NCBI RefSeq assembly: GCF_964204645.1
Contig: NC_134029.1
Span: forward strand, 23,430,950-23,494,949
Reading direction: 5' to 3'
Source of the DNA: Tubulanus polymorphus
Lineage: Eukaryota > Animalia > Nemertea
DNA: 64,000 nucleotides
Positions 38,401-51,996 of the stretch are shown piece after piece (position 1 is the first letter of the stretch; each line of letters opens with the position of its first letter). The notes beneath the pieces are model-generated. The model worked only from the letters and a program-made list of their open reading frames with translations, was not told where the DNA came from and did not search any database. Position numbers and translations under genes: made by a program.

Positions 38401-41400
38401 AAACCTTTTCACCGGCGAAACCCCAGTTTGATCGGATTACATCGCGCGTTCGGATATAGTACTGCACTGTTCGGTGCTGTTCTACTCCTGATACATAGAC
38501 GACAATATAAAGATAATGGATTTCGCATTTTAGAATTAATTACAAAGTCTTTACACGTTACCACTACCACATCACTTTGCGAAATAAGACACAAACCTTT
38601 CATCCAGACCACTTTGATACTGATCGGGTTTTGATAATATGCTTTGGTGTTGGTTAGATTCATAAACACCAATTCTAAAACGGCTGTCATTCGTTGGAGA
38701 GAAGCGACCGAGTTGGTTCTTTGAATGAAGCCACTGATTGGATTTCTAGAAAACCTTACAATTTTCGCAAATAGAGATACCTTGTCCGGAAAACCGTCAA
38801 CAAAATGAAGTCAGACCCAGCGAAATAACTCCGTCATCAGACGTTTCCATTTATGTCCTGACTTTCGCACTGTTAAGATACAAAAGATGTCTGACTATCA
38901 TTTCGTCTTTGTTGAAGAAGCCGTCGATTAAAGACGTCGAAGACATAAAGCGAGATAAGAGTGTGTCGAAATCGATAAACTGCAGGACGTTTAACGGAAG
39001 TGTGGACAATCTCCCAAAGTAAAACTAACGGAAAAGTCTAGGCGGTTGAACACTAAAAGGCTGCTTAACTCGTTGGGAAATGTTTAAAAATGTTGCCTAT
39101 GATAATAGTGTACAACAGGAAGATTAGAACAATCTCATCTCTCTGTAGAGGTATAAGGCATACCTGCCGGAAAATTGGTACTTTTCAAGCTAGTAAGAAT
39201 ATCAAGGATTCCACAAGTCTTGTCATCTGAAATTCTTGAAATTCTTCCCGTAAACTTGAGAATTCTTCAGAATCCGAGGTGGTCTTTAATGTCGATGATC
39301 GAAAGCTGAGCTGTTTTCAACCATTTTGGATGGAAGTTAGTTTTTCATATATAACAGTATTACAACAATCGCTCCTTGAATTATACATACAAATCTATGC
39401 GAAATACATGCAAACCCACTTACGTGAAATATCTGATAATATATATCTCACAAACAAATCATAGCCATATCATTAGTGATATATAAAAATGCCAATTCAA
39501 AATGGCGAATGGTAAATAGAGAACAATATTATCGATTTATGAAATATCTAACTATCGTCAAGAATACCTATTCAAAAATACTCTTTCTACGATTGCGCTC
39601 GTTGAAAATTTGTTAATTCTATTGTTCGTTAATATTTTCTCTCCTTTAATCTCTGTATATATCGCTTGTCATATGCTTTAATGCGAGAAATGAATTTGAA
39701 CTCGAACTTGAAACGGAGAGGTCATAAATCAGGTCGATCGACCTGTCGCGAGTAATTTCTATTAGAAATTAAGGGTAATTTCTATTAGAAATTACCCTCT
39801 AATTTCTAATTTCTATTAACTTATTTCTAACTAATTTCTATTAGAAATTACCCTCGTTCAAAAATGAGACGTATTTGAATCACGATTTTGTCTGTTAAAT
39901 CTCACCTGAAGTCTTCTAAGCTTTTCTAACAGGTTTCGCTACATCTGCAGTATACGCGAAAGTCTAAAGAGTTTTTTTATGTGCGTGCGACGGATTACAG
40001 TATGTAAACGAGGCTGCTCCCATCAACAGACGACTCGCATCCATCCGTCTCCTTCCTGTCTCTAAATATACAGACGAACTTTATTTACAAAAACGACATG
40101 TCTTTCATGAATAATTAACACTGAAAACGTGAGGTCATTTTTAACGACTTTGCTCGTAAATCTATCCACGAAAAGTCGCGACTGTAGCGCCCTCGTGAAT
40201 TCAAATTTAATAAAAACGTTTCTATATCCCGAGGGGTATCGTCTTAAAGAATTAATTACGCACAGCTTTGGGAGTCATTCGAAACAGGAATGACAAACCT
40301 CGTAGAAACCGAATTCTTTTTTTACGTGTCATGATAAACCTAGTGGGAAAACGAAACTGCGGAATATTTTTTTGCTACTAAGATGACGACTATATCGGGT
40401 TGCTGTGAGATGTTTTCTATCCGGGTTTAAGAGCGAGTAGCACAACTGCGCATCATCTCATTTATGAGCCGTTAAGGATCATCACATTTCATCAAATTCA
40501 CGAATAAAAATATACCTGAGATAGATTGTTTAATCCTCTTTATTATTCAACATGTTCTGCATTCAGAAAATCACATGAATTTTCTTACGTTAAATGTTCC
40601 GAAAGCCTATGTTATGTTCTCTCTGATTCTATCAATATCCAATATTCACAAAAAAATGGGATGATTCGGTGTCTGGTTCTTACAGCAGCTGTTATAACCT
40701 TGTATACAAATTGTCTTGTGCAAATTGTATCAAAATACAGTTTTGTTGTTGCTGCAAATTGTATATAATTAGATAAACTGGTTGTGCATAGAATAATATC
40801 TATCCCCGTAGACATAGTCTGTGTTCGTTTCTCTGATTGTTCCCGATTTAAAAAAAATGAAACATTCCATGATAATTTCCATCGACTGCCTATTGTTAAT
40901 TGACAGATAATGCGTTCGGGGTCCTTTTAGTAGACGCTTTTTAGGTGAAATTGTTATGTAATGAGATTTTGGTCATAAATCATGTATAAGCCTCAATATA
41001 AGCGGATTGACCACATCACGAATTATCAACTCTTACCGAAATTACGAATGATTTGTATCACCGCACAACGACACACTGGGTGAACAACAAGGGTGCGACT
41101 CAAGGCCGAAAAACCGTCTATGCATTGAACTTAAATATTGGAGTTGAATGACCGGTGCTGAATTATTAGAACTCTTAGCACATATTTTCGCGTCGGTCAC
41201 AACCTGTTTCGTGAAATTCGATGTTAGCTGATTGAGTTCGTACACGTACGTGAATATTAATGTAGAAAGTTTCGATGAATCGCGACCGCAGAACTATCAG
41301 CATCATCGCATTACGATCTAAAATGTTTGCGATGGCAAAATAATAACGGATCTTACTCCGCGAGGTTCGGTCGTGTTTATCGGACTTGTGTTAAATCAAT

Positions 41401-43574
41401 GATTTTCCATTATGAAAATATTAATCGTGAACGCGATGAAGGAATGGACGTTGTTGTTTTTCTATGGATTTTTCTATCGGTAGCCCTTGGGCTCAGTATA
41501 GCAGTCGTCAATCTGTTTACCTGTATCGGTGATACGATGGGGTTTTTGTTATTTCTAACTAGTACAATTCGGCTGTTTTTCCCGGTATATCATCGGAAAT
41601 CGCAAACTGTAATAACAATAATCACGCAGGTTGACGCGCTGGATGATTGAGGTGTATTCAGCGAAGTTTCTGGCGTGAATCGTTTAGTCAAGAAATAACG
41701 GGTATTCTATTATTTATAACCTACTTGTTGATTTTTTATCCTAGGAATGATAACGATATCGAAGTTTCTTCGTTTGTGCTAGGAATAATTGTGATATCGA
41801 ACTATTTTAGCATATAATGCGCAAAGACTCGACAAGCATTACCACAAACAGGTGGCACTCATTCAAACCACGTGGTTATAATCCTACTTAGTCGCGTGTC
41901 TTTCTTAATATGAGTTTTGTGGAGAAAAGATAAAAGTGTCGTCTTTTTTCTTTCGCTGTACGAAATAAATCTCAAACGACCGATTGTAGCCTCGGATCGT
42001 TAGCGTTCTTCAAGAGAAAATCCGCTGAAAACTCTGTGGATGGAATGGATTTGTTTCACCTCCTCGAGCAAAGCTTTAAGCTCCGAAACACCGGTATTAA
42101 ACAGACATCCAGACCTATCTTTAGATGTCAGCCTGCTGAATAATGCCGTATTATGGCACTCTTTTATGTAATTCCGAATACGGAGAATCGAGAATCGTCT
42201 CTCGCGCATCTTTATGGTTTGTTGTTTGATAATTTTCGACAGTACACAAAAAACGGCATGAAATTGTCTAGAATCAAAGTCTGGAGAAAAGTAAAAATAG
42301 AAGAAGATTTCTAACGATGTCTCGGGTTTTTGACGTGTTAATGAATATGATTCAATAGATAGCTGATGATAGTATGCTTGCTAAACGACTTATTTTACCC
42401 ATTTGCTAATGTGAGATCATTCGAATGGTCATTCCTGGTCGACAAGCACTTGCGTCTGGAAACGAATACAGAGTTTTTTTATATAAAGATAGTTCGTTTT
42501 TTTGCTCGACCAATTTCCAATAATTTCATCGGTAGGACGTGAATTCGCGGTGTCTTGTATTCCCTTCGCTCTCTCATCAAAATATCATCGGCTTTTTTCA
42601 TCTCTTCCGAGTCTCATGCGGTCGATTGCGTTACCTCATCTCCGGACGCGCTTACGGCGATTTTCAAAGAATCTCGGACATCTTTATTTGAAATGTGCCC
42701 TTGATATTGATCAACATCTCTCCGATATGATCTACTTCTTTTCGGTTCACTTCCTCATACCGTCTGCCGTCGAAAAGACTCACGAAGAAAAAAACGAATT
42801 CTTGAAATAACTTTTTTCACAACTTGGGACAGACATTGTTATAAATATTTATTATCGAACAACTTGTAATCATGATGATATCTGAAATAAGTGATATATC
42901 ATAAATGAATTAACACCAAACAGATTCTTAGACAGATTCTTAGTTCTCTGATATAACAAGGAAAACAACTTTTCACGATTCACAAAAAAATGCTACGCAC
43001 TTTTATCCGTCGGACAGAAATACCATACTTTTCACGATAGCAAAATACGATTTATATTCGTCGCATGAAGCTGACCCAAAGATCTTTGACATTCTCGTTT
43101 GCAAGTTGCATTAAATGAAAATAAAAAGTTTCATTCGTAGCCGAGTGAGTCGATTTATAAAAGCATATATTCACCAGATAAAACCAACACCTAAAAGTAT
43201 TTTAGCGAGGATGATATTTCAATTCACCACTTCGTGAAATATCCAATCACATTCTACATATCTACACGTATCACACATACAGTCCCATTCTCAATCTACT
43301 CGCACAGCACTTCAACTTCAAACAGGACAATTTCAGAGCTAGCAGAAACACTTATCGAACATACACACGATTCGTAAAAATGTTACTGATATAACATAAC
43401 ACTTCATACGCACATCTCTAATGATTATCAACCGGGATTCTATTCAGTGTGGTATTATTCATCCGTAAAAAACCCAACAAACGAATCGACACCAGCCACA
43501 CTCTGATGTGGAGAACAGATGATTAGTTAAGAACTCGCTATATACAGAATTTCAAAGATTAAAGACGAATTTGA

Positions 43575-43577
<3 letters not shown>

Positions 43578-43663
<86 letters not shown>

Positions 43664-43854
43664 CCTCCCTCCCTCCCTCCCTCCCTCCCTCCCTCCCTCC
43701 CTCCCTCCCTCACTCACTCACTCACTCACTCACTCCCTCACTCCCTCACTCCCTCCCTCCCTCCCTCACTCACTCACTCACTCACTCACTCCCTCCCTCC
43801 CTCCCTCCCTCTCTCCCTCCCTCCCTCACTCACTCACTCACTCCCTCCCTCACT

Positions 43855-43891
<37 letters not shown>
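43578..43891. repeat. Compound (CT)n/(CCCT)n/(CACT)n microsatellite
   Basis: Directly visible polypyrimidine tract. Confidence 0.95.
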
Positions 43892-43893
<2 letters not shown>

Positions 43894-44212
43894 GTTCTCA
43901 TTCATACCAACAAATAACGCACGCAAACACAAATCATTTCTACTGGATTGATTAAAACAAACGCAACCGTTATTATTTCTCCCTCGAGAATAATTAACAG
44001 CCGCCAATCTTACAAGACCACTCAGCTCTAAACATTCGACGTGTTGCCCACTCGATATCACATAGAGAAAAAAAACAAGAAAATAATGTCAATGGAAAAA
44101 CAAAGATCGTCAACCTGTTTCTACGAAATATTCATCAGGAATTCGCTTCGTGATAATTCACTTCATTTTTATATAGTAATATAGTAATTAACATTATTCA
44201 TAAATCTGAATC

Positions 44213-44519
<307 letters not shown>

Positions 44520-44594
44520 CTGAATAATATAATGACGTTTAAGTAGGCACAACAAATTATATAATATCACAGTTATTTTTTATGATTGTTTTGT

Positions 44595-44600
44595 TTTATT
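44595..44600 (-). terminator. Candidate polyadenylation signal for the GPCR
   Basis: tttatt on the + strand is AATAAA on the - strand, about 385 nt after the GPCR stop codon. Confidence 0.3.
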
Positions 44601-44984
44601 CATTTGGTCAGATTTATGCACAAAATGTATCATATTCCGTGCCTCTGACAACCGGTATAGTGATTTGAATATAATATGGTCATATGCCGATTTCGAACGT
44701 CCTTGGAGACAGCGAGAAAAAACATACAAATAACAAGCTCGGAAAAATATCGGTTAGTTGGTTGGCACCCCTTCTCCCTGAATTCATGAATCCCGGATAA
44801 TACTGAATCCTGGATAAGAATTGCTGATTGCTTGCTTATGGAGCACTCCCACATTTAGCGGGGAATGATAACAACATTGCCTTGAACCTATAATTTAGGG
44901 GTACCGACCGAGTGCCATGGTTGGAAAGAAGCTGCAGCGATTGGTCAGATGAGGAGCGCGTCAACGCTCGACCAATCAGAGACT

Positions 44985-45726
44985 CTAAACGACGTCATCC
45001 TGATCGATAGCGCAATTTGTAAGATGCACCTCTTCAGTATTAGCCGTGATTTGACCTTGGTTATTTGCCGATCGGACGCCCAGCCGGGTTCCATTCTGCG
45101 GCGGGTTCGAATCTTTACGAGTCAGTCGGCGGCAGCTAGGGAACGATTTCAGTAGGAATTCTTTCAAATGGTCGTTTATCATGAGACACATGAATGTATT
45201 AAAAACTCCGCTACTTAAAGCGACAGTTTCGATCGGGTAGTAGATCGTCATTTCTTTGAACGGTTCAAATTCTTCGATCCACCTCGAGTCGAGCACGTCT
45301 CTGTTAAATATGTAAATTTGATAAGGCAACCAACAAATAGTGAACACCAAAACGACTGCGAATAACTTCAGAATGATCACCTTCCGGTGTGCGAAATTAG
45401 CGCGCATGCGCTCAGCGGAGGTGGTTCCGACGAGTGGACGTGTCCAGATTTTAAGGCCGATGATCAAATACGAAACTGACATTATGAAGAGCGGTAGAAC
45501 ATACTCTATACCAATTAACACAAATAATGAATACTGTTTTAAACTGATGAATGTTCCGTGAGCCCATTCGGTCATACATAAGCACTTTTCCTTGTGGCAG
45601 AATGTCCTCGAGAATAGTACTCTCGGTACAGCAAATATTACGGACACGACCCAGATTAGCACGATAGCTATCCCTGAAGCGCGTCGGCTCATCGTACCCA
45701 GAAGAGGGAATAACACAGCTCGCAAT
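44985..45726 (-). CDS. Terminal exon (end of TM3 to C-terminus) of a class A rhodopsin-family neuropeptide GPCR, tachykinin/leucokinin/RYamide-receptor-like and divergent
   Basis: On the minus strand a (CT)n tract plus ttcag acceptor enters at phase 2 within the DRY-position Arg codon (R|LRAVLFPL). It then encodes TM4 IWVVSVIFAVP, the ECL2 Cys (CMTEW), TM5 YVLPLFIMSVSY..IGLKIW, TM6 FTICWLPYQIY and TM7 ALSSGVFNTFMC. The first 26 aa of ORF 44985..45806 are intron read-through. Confidence 0.9.
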
Positions 45727-46701
45727 CTGAAACGAGAGAGAGAAAGATATTGTTTGCAATCGTTTTGATAGTCGGGGACAAGTGGAATGCACGCTCCTCG
45801 ATACACAGGGTGTCAGCGATACGACAGCGATACGACAGCAGATTGCGGTGAATTAACTGTTATTACAATTCTATGAAAATAAATCGCTAGTACGATTTAA
45901 TCGTAAATCACTAGAAAATGAAAACGAATGGAGCATTTAAAGCGAATGGTTTTACGGATAGTGGGCAATTACCACTAACGAATGATAAAACGACGTTATT
46001 CACGAGTATAACCTCGTCTAGTAGACATTCGACGAACGCACGCGATCTTTGCACTTTTAAAGAATGAAAAAAATACCAGTCATAAATCGACGTTACGAAA
46101 TTACTACAGCGAACCTCGCCTTTCACAGTCAGACACGGCCTACTCTGACTTTTGACTACTCGGACAACACCGAAAAATTATTTTCTAATTTTGTAACGAC
46201 CTTTAACTCGGAATTTTACTTAACGGATCAATTTGGCCGTTCCCAGTCTGCCTGAGCTAGGTTTACTGCATTAGTTTATCATATCAAAGAAGAACATAAT
46301 ATTGTATGGCCGATACAAAACCTGTAGATATTCAATAGTAGGCCTGCAGTATATATATATATCAAAGTATATATTAAAGTATATCAAAATCTTGTTCGGA
46401 AAACTATGATTTTCAAATAAAAATGTCAGATTTGTTAATTGTATTAGTTCTTTTCTAATTAAGGCGCCTTTCTGATCCCATGGCCGCTACACCATTCTAC
46501 TCCATGCTACGGACGGGGGGTAATCGTACATGTTACTTAAAACCATTCTCACACATAGAAACATTTTTACACGAGAAACAGTTTACCGACGAAGAACAGA
46601 CGGCAAAGGCTTAAGGAAAAACTGACTGATTATACATGTATAAATATTAAGTACCGGAAAGTAAACGAAATTGTAAATGAAAATGTATTTTCTTAATAAG
46701 A

Positions 46702-46820
46702 GCTCTCTCTCCCTCTCTCCCTCTCTCCCTCTCTCCCTCTCTCCCTCTCTCCCTCTCTCCCTCTCTCCCTCTCTCCCTCCCTCCCTCTATCTCCCCCCTC
46801 TCTCTCCCACTCTCTCTCTC
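46702..46820. repeat. (CTCTCTCC)n polypyrimidine repeat
   Basis: Directly visible. Confidence 0.9.
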
Positions 46821-49800
46821 TGTCTGTTCCTAAACTCGAGTAATTCAAACTCGTCAGAAATTCTGTCGCTTCCGTCTGTGCCGATTATTGATAGAAATAT
46901 GGCCGCCATCGATCATCGGTGGTGACAATGCAAAGATGTATGTATCACGGAATTCAACCAGGCATATTCCCCTAAAACAACTTCATCACGCAATTTTAAT
47001 GTCGCGTTATAAAACCATTTCGTATTCGACAGGAAATCTTCCCCGCTATTACTTTGTATGCGGCCGCGGAAACGATGTTAACTGGAAATCCATCTTATTC
47101 AGCATTAAAATTTAATCGCATTCGACGAATTTCCATTGATCAAACGACGTTCGTCATTTATTTCTAAAGGAATATGATGCTGTAATAGTTTTTAATGCGA
47201 GTGTTACGTCTTGCTAATCCTGATGAATAAAACCTAAAAAATTCAGCAAACTTTAACTTCAATCTTATCGACCAACTCACACAATTTCAGACGATCATAA
47301 CCTGTTACGGTAGGCGATATTTACAAAACACATGAGTTCTCAGATATATTTGGATTGATAGATAACAGAATAAGATAAATGTAGATAAGCCAGGTTTTTC
47401 TTTCTTAAAGCTATGTTGTGAAAATGTTATCTTGTTAAAAATAGGGGGTGCTCAGGCCGCTTAGGGCCCCTCGGATCCGTCCCTGTTGCAGGGTAGTCGG
47501 AGCAAGGATGGGTCGTCACGATCAATTGGAGTAAGATGATTTGTCATGCGTTGTCAGATGATAATCTGTGGCAATCGACTCCGGGGTAAACCGAGTCTAT
47601 CGTTATGTAATATAGTGAAATTCACGTACGGATAAGCAAATAGAAGACAACAGGAAAATCGATTCTTATTCCATCAGAATATGGTTTGTATACGAGAGAT
47701 ATCGGTCATATCTACCTTCACCTATATACCTTCGTGATTTCAATTATGATCGATGACCGCGCCTGCTTGGGAATATATATGTATGGATATTTTTATCACA
47801 ACCAATTTGTCCGTATAAATACCCGATAGAATGGACTGGTGGCCACATCGTCAATCTATTTCATAAAAGTGACTGGTGTCCCATGAATAACGTTCATGGG
47901 CGTCTTGTTTTTTCCATAATCGCGACCAGTTACTTGTCGACATTAATCAGATTTTATGTAATAACACCATACATTAATCCGTACGTCTGGTTAGGAGATT
48001 GCTCGCTTTTATCACAGTGAAAAAGAAATTACGATCAATGCTAGCAAAACATTATTAGATTTATTTCCACGTAAATAACACGGTCTGGGGTGGGCGAAAA
48101 CAATCATATCCGTCCCACCGGGGAGAGAATGATAGCGGAAAATGGCACTCTCTCAAGGACGAAACTTCATGTCAAAAAGATCTCCATTCGAAGGTTAACC
48201 GGCACTAACCGGATTCTAAACCGGTTGGAATGTTTCCGGTGGAAATTGACGCACCTCGTATAGTCGCAGATACCAGCGGCTCATTTGAGAGGGACTTTGG
48301 GTAGTTCGTCCAAAATTTTCAAAGGAATAATTTTAAATTCCTAAATGTTGATATTTGAGCAGCGAGGTAAATGATTGGTCTGGACATTGCCGGGGTTGTG
48401 GGACCGGTTCTACTGGTTCTACCATGGGCTGAACACTGGTACGCTTTTATATAGAAACAGTAATATCCGCAGTATTCAGTTCGTTATTAAGTTTTCTGAC
48501 TAATTTGACGTTAACGGGATTTACTGTTGAATACGTATTTATTACGTATTCAATCGATTACGAATAAGAACTCTCAAGAGAATCATTTCTCCGCGATGTT
48601 GTAAAGTTTTTATAGCATTTATCACGATGAATAATTGGGCGCCGGTTAATTCCGATAAAACATGTCACGAAGTGTTCGGTTATTCTAACAAATCCTCGAT
48701 GTTTGCACCGGGTTATACGATTTCCCTGTTCATAAATCGTAATTATGCCATAATCCACGACATCTTTCAGTCGTCACAACATCCAGACTGTATAGATTTA
48801 TTCCTATTTGATACGGTATTCGAGCTCAATTCATAATTGCGCTCTTTGATATTTATATTTGAGCTGGTAACTGATACGGTTTCTATGATTGAATGGCTCG
48901 ATACGATGTCTATTTTACCATAATTCTGACAGCCTGAAATTACCAACTAAATGATTTTAAGTTTTCCTCGTTGAATACCCTGAATAGCTTACTACGAGTT
49001 CTTCTAGAGATTTCAACCGAAAAACCATGTCTATAACTCCGAAGCTTGATTCGTAAGAGTCAGGCCACGCGCTGCACAGATGGCAAGCACGCTATATTTT
49101 CGTTCTTGCTGAATTAATGGTCGAGTTAGTTGCATCGATATATGGTGGATTTGTTTGGGTTTGAGACGGAATCATTATGGGGAAGTGGTTGTACGAATTA
49201 CATTTGTCTACGTCTTGATTCTGATACATTTATTGCGACGGATCGCGTGGTATGTAGTCATCCCCAAGGGTCGGGGTTCCTTCCATATTCTATCATTTGT
49301 TCGGCGCCTGTGGAATCCCGTACAGAAAGCGCAGCCAGTTCCGAGACGACTTTAACGTCTTTCAGCTGTGATAGTTATGACAACACCCTATCAATCTGCA
49401 GTAATGAACGAAACGGCTAATTCTTATGTCGTGTACACCAGTGACTATAGCAAATTATCCGTATCAAATGAACTCATTGTTAACGACAACATGTTGAGAG
49501 AACGGCAGGTCATATTCTGGTCAGGTTACGGCGCGGTTCTCAGAGATATCACAATCTAGAATTATCAGATCTCTCAGTTCAAGCTGAGCTTACCGTCTGT
49601 ATTATCGGGTCGCTCAGACGCGTGGAAAGCTATTGTCAAACAAACAACGCGGAAATTACTACAGGTGACCCCGACACGAGATACGTTGCGCACCTCGGGT
49701 CGTTTTCACAGATACTGGAAATATGTGAAACATTTATAGACAGACGTGTTACTGGCGACTGCTGTTGACACGACTAATGGTTTTTTCATCAACAGAAATG

Positions 49801-50430
49801 ACAGCGTATAATATACAATTCGCCATTGTCATACACCGCTCATGTCCTTTTCTAAAAGGTACAAAGGATAAAATCCTCCAGAAGAAAGTATACCGTGTAT
49901 CTGACAATATCAATTAGTTAAGTTATACTATACTGCTCGCTACATGCCGTGGTCGGAGAGGAGAACTTAATTCGGTTCTCGGTTCATATTACGGAGGTAA
50001 TTTTTCTATTACATCCGCGATGTGAGAGAAAACGGCTGTGTTTGACCGCTAGCGCAACAGCTCTTCATGTTCGGTCGTGTGGTTGTTATGGCTTCGCTGG
50101 GAATTTTGATTAATTGAACTCGAGCTAATGAGAGAAATGTGATCCGATTCTGTATGATCTACATTAAACCGCGCTATTCTGAATGTTTAATTAACTTCGA
50201 AGGGGAAACGTAAGCCCACTCATATACACTACACGAAAAACTTTCGACGCACCAGCTAAACAAACTTTTAATTATTTTCCTATTTTAATGATAAAAACCA
50301 GTAATTAATACACGATCCTCTTATATCACACGATCTTTTTAATAACAGTTAATAACAGTTTAATTACAGGAGAGTCAACAGTCATATTTACACTATCGAA
50401 ATTACATATCATACACGATAATGATTAAAC

Positions 50431-50796
50431 GGCGGATTTAGGGGATCCAAGGGGTCCGGACCCGCCCCTATCAAATTTGAGGGTGTCTAAAATGCCTACC
50501 CCAAAAACTTCCAAAAGTGATCCTACATTTTTCAATTTAGGAGAATATAAAACAAGGAGTAATATTTTCTCGTGTAAAATGATGAATATACAATGGTATT
50601 GTGATTTTGGTATTGTTTATTTTTCAAGAATTATTTCATAGAATTCATTGTTCAATTTCGATGAAATCTCATCGATTCTATCGTTGTTGCCCGTGAGGGC
50701 TGCCGCTATGCAGCTTGCATCGTCCTTACAGCAACATTTCAAACAGCCCCTTTTTACTTCCCTGGACCCCACCCCCGCAGAAATCCTAGATCCACT
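50431..50796. mobile_element. Probable MITE with GGCGGATTTAGG/CCTAGATCCACT ends
   Basis: Imperfect terminal inverted repeat plus a subterminal ggggtccgga / ctggacccc inversion. A related end fragment lies at about 47445-47485. Confidence 0.45.
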
Positions 50797-51859
50797 GATT
50801 GAACGCGAATCAATGATGATAGTGCTGTAAATTGTTGCGCCCTGTATTTCCAGGAATTTGCACGTGTGAGATATTTCTCAGAATAACGGCGTAGTAATAA
50901 TCATTGATAGTAATTATTTATCAGATAGATCAGCTACGTATCCGTCTAATACGGAGTTAGTTTACTGATTCTTCAGCTTCGAAAACAACAACGAATCGAA
51001 ACTCATTTCATTCTCAATTATCTGAAATTATTCCAATTTTCGACGCGCCTTTAATGACAAGCAGTCTCTCAACCCGCTGCCTGTATTGTAGACAGATATC
51101 AGGGGTTGTTTAGCGTGAAATAATCTAATGTTCCTAAAAGGACAACTGCACTGAATTTTTACGCTAACAAGGACTATGAAACGTGAAACATTTTGTCGTT
51201 TTGAAGGAGCATCAAGTGCAACTCTACACCACGATTTAGATGTTTTTGCAGTCGTTCTGTTGATTATTTCAGTGTTCTGTGTACTTGATTAGAAATTAAG
51301 TAAATAAACCGAATGATAGTCGATAAACGGATAAAAATTTTTAATCTTTTACTCAATTGACTAGAATCTCTTCACGTATTAGAACAATTGTGTATCGAGT
51401 AGGGTTTTAATTCGTTCACGTGACGCTTATTAAAAAGCCTCGTGTTTCCATAATGAAATAAAAGCTAACCGTGCGATTCAGCCGAAGATAAAGCTCTTAT
51501 TCGACGTTGCTCTTTCTGCTGGCGGAACAAATTAAGGATACAGTAAAGAATATAATATTTCCTGATCGCGTAGTCATTACTCGTTACTGGAAGTGACTGG
51601 AACGGAAGTCACACGTGTTTTCATGATGTCATTGCGAGTATTCGTGATTCCTAGACAACTCGTTAGGGATTCAGTGCAAATCGATAAGAACATCCCCAGG
51701 CAATGTTCTCGAAATTAACGATGCAATTTTCGAATTAAGAGCAAAATTAAAGAAGATTTGAGTGAATGCGTTCCTTCCATGAATGAAACTTGAAAGGAGG
51801 ATTTGAAGACAGTGTTTACACTCTATCGCCCAGCATTAGGTGTTTAAAGCGCTGTGGCG

Positions 51860-51996
51860 CAGTTCCAGTTAAGACTTAAGTAAAAAATCGTCTTAAATCT
51901 TGGGACCGGTCTTCGGTCGTTAGACTGGCTAATATGATAAAGAGGTTTTAGATCGTGGTCTTAAATCTAAGCCATAACTGTGCATTGCTGGGCCCT
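51860..51996. mobile_element. Diverged copy of repeat family E
   Basis: gtcttaaatcttgggaccggtcttcggtcgttagactgg...gtcttaaatctaagccataactgtgca...ctgggccc aligns with about 1645-1745. Confidence 0.55.

Noticed and set aside
39752-39855. AATTTCTA motifs reminiscent of Cas12a repeat handles
   Set aside because: There is no repeat-spacer periodicity and the matches are short and AT-rich.
44108-44142. Minus-strand CTGATGA...GAAAC hammerhead-like spacing (a similar partial match at 42363)
   Set aside because: Stems I and II have only 2-3 weak pairs, which is consistent with chance.
48627-49559. Cluster of short overlapping ORFs with Cys/Trp patterns vaguely like a C-type lectin
   Set aside because: It needs several frameshifts and lacks convincing motifs or splice sites.
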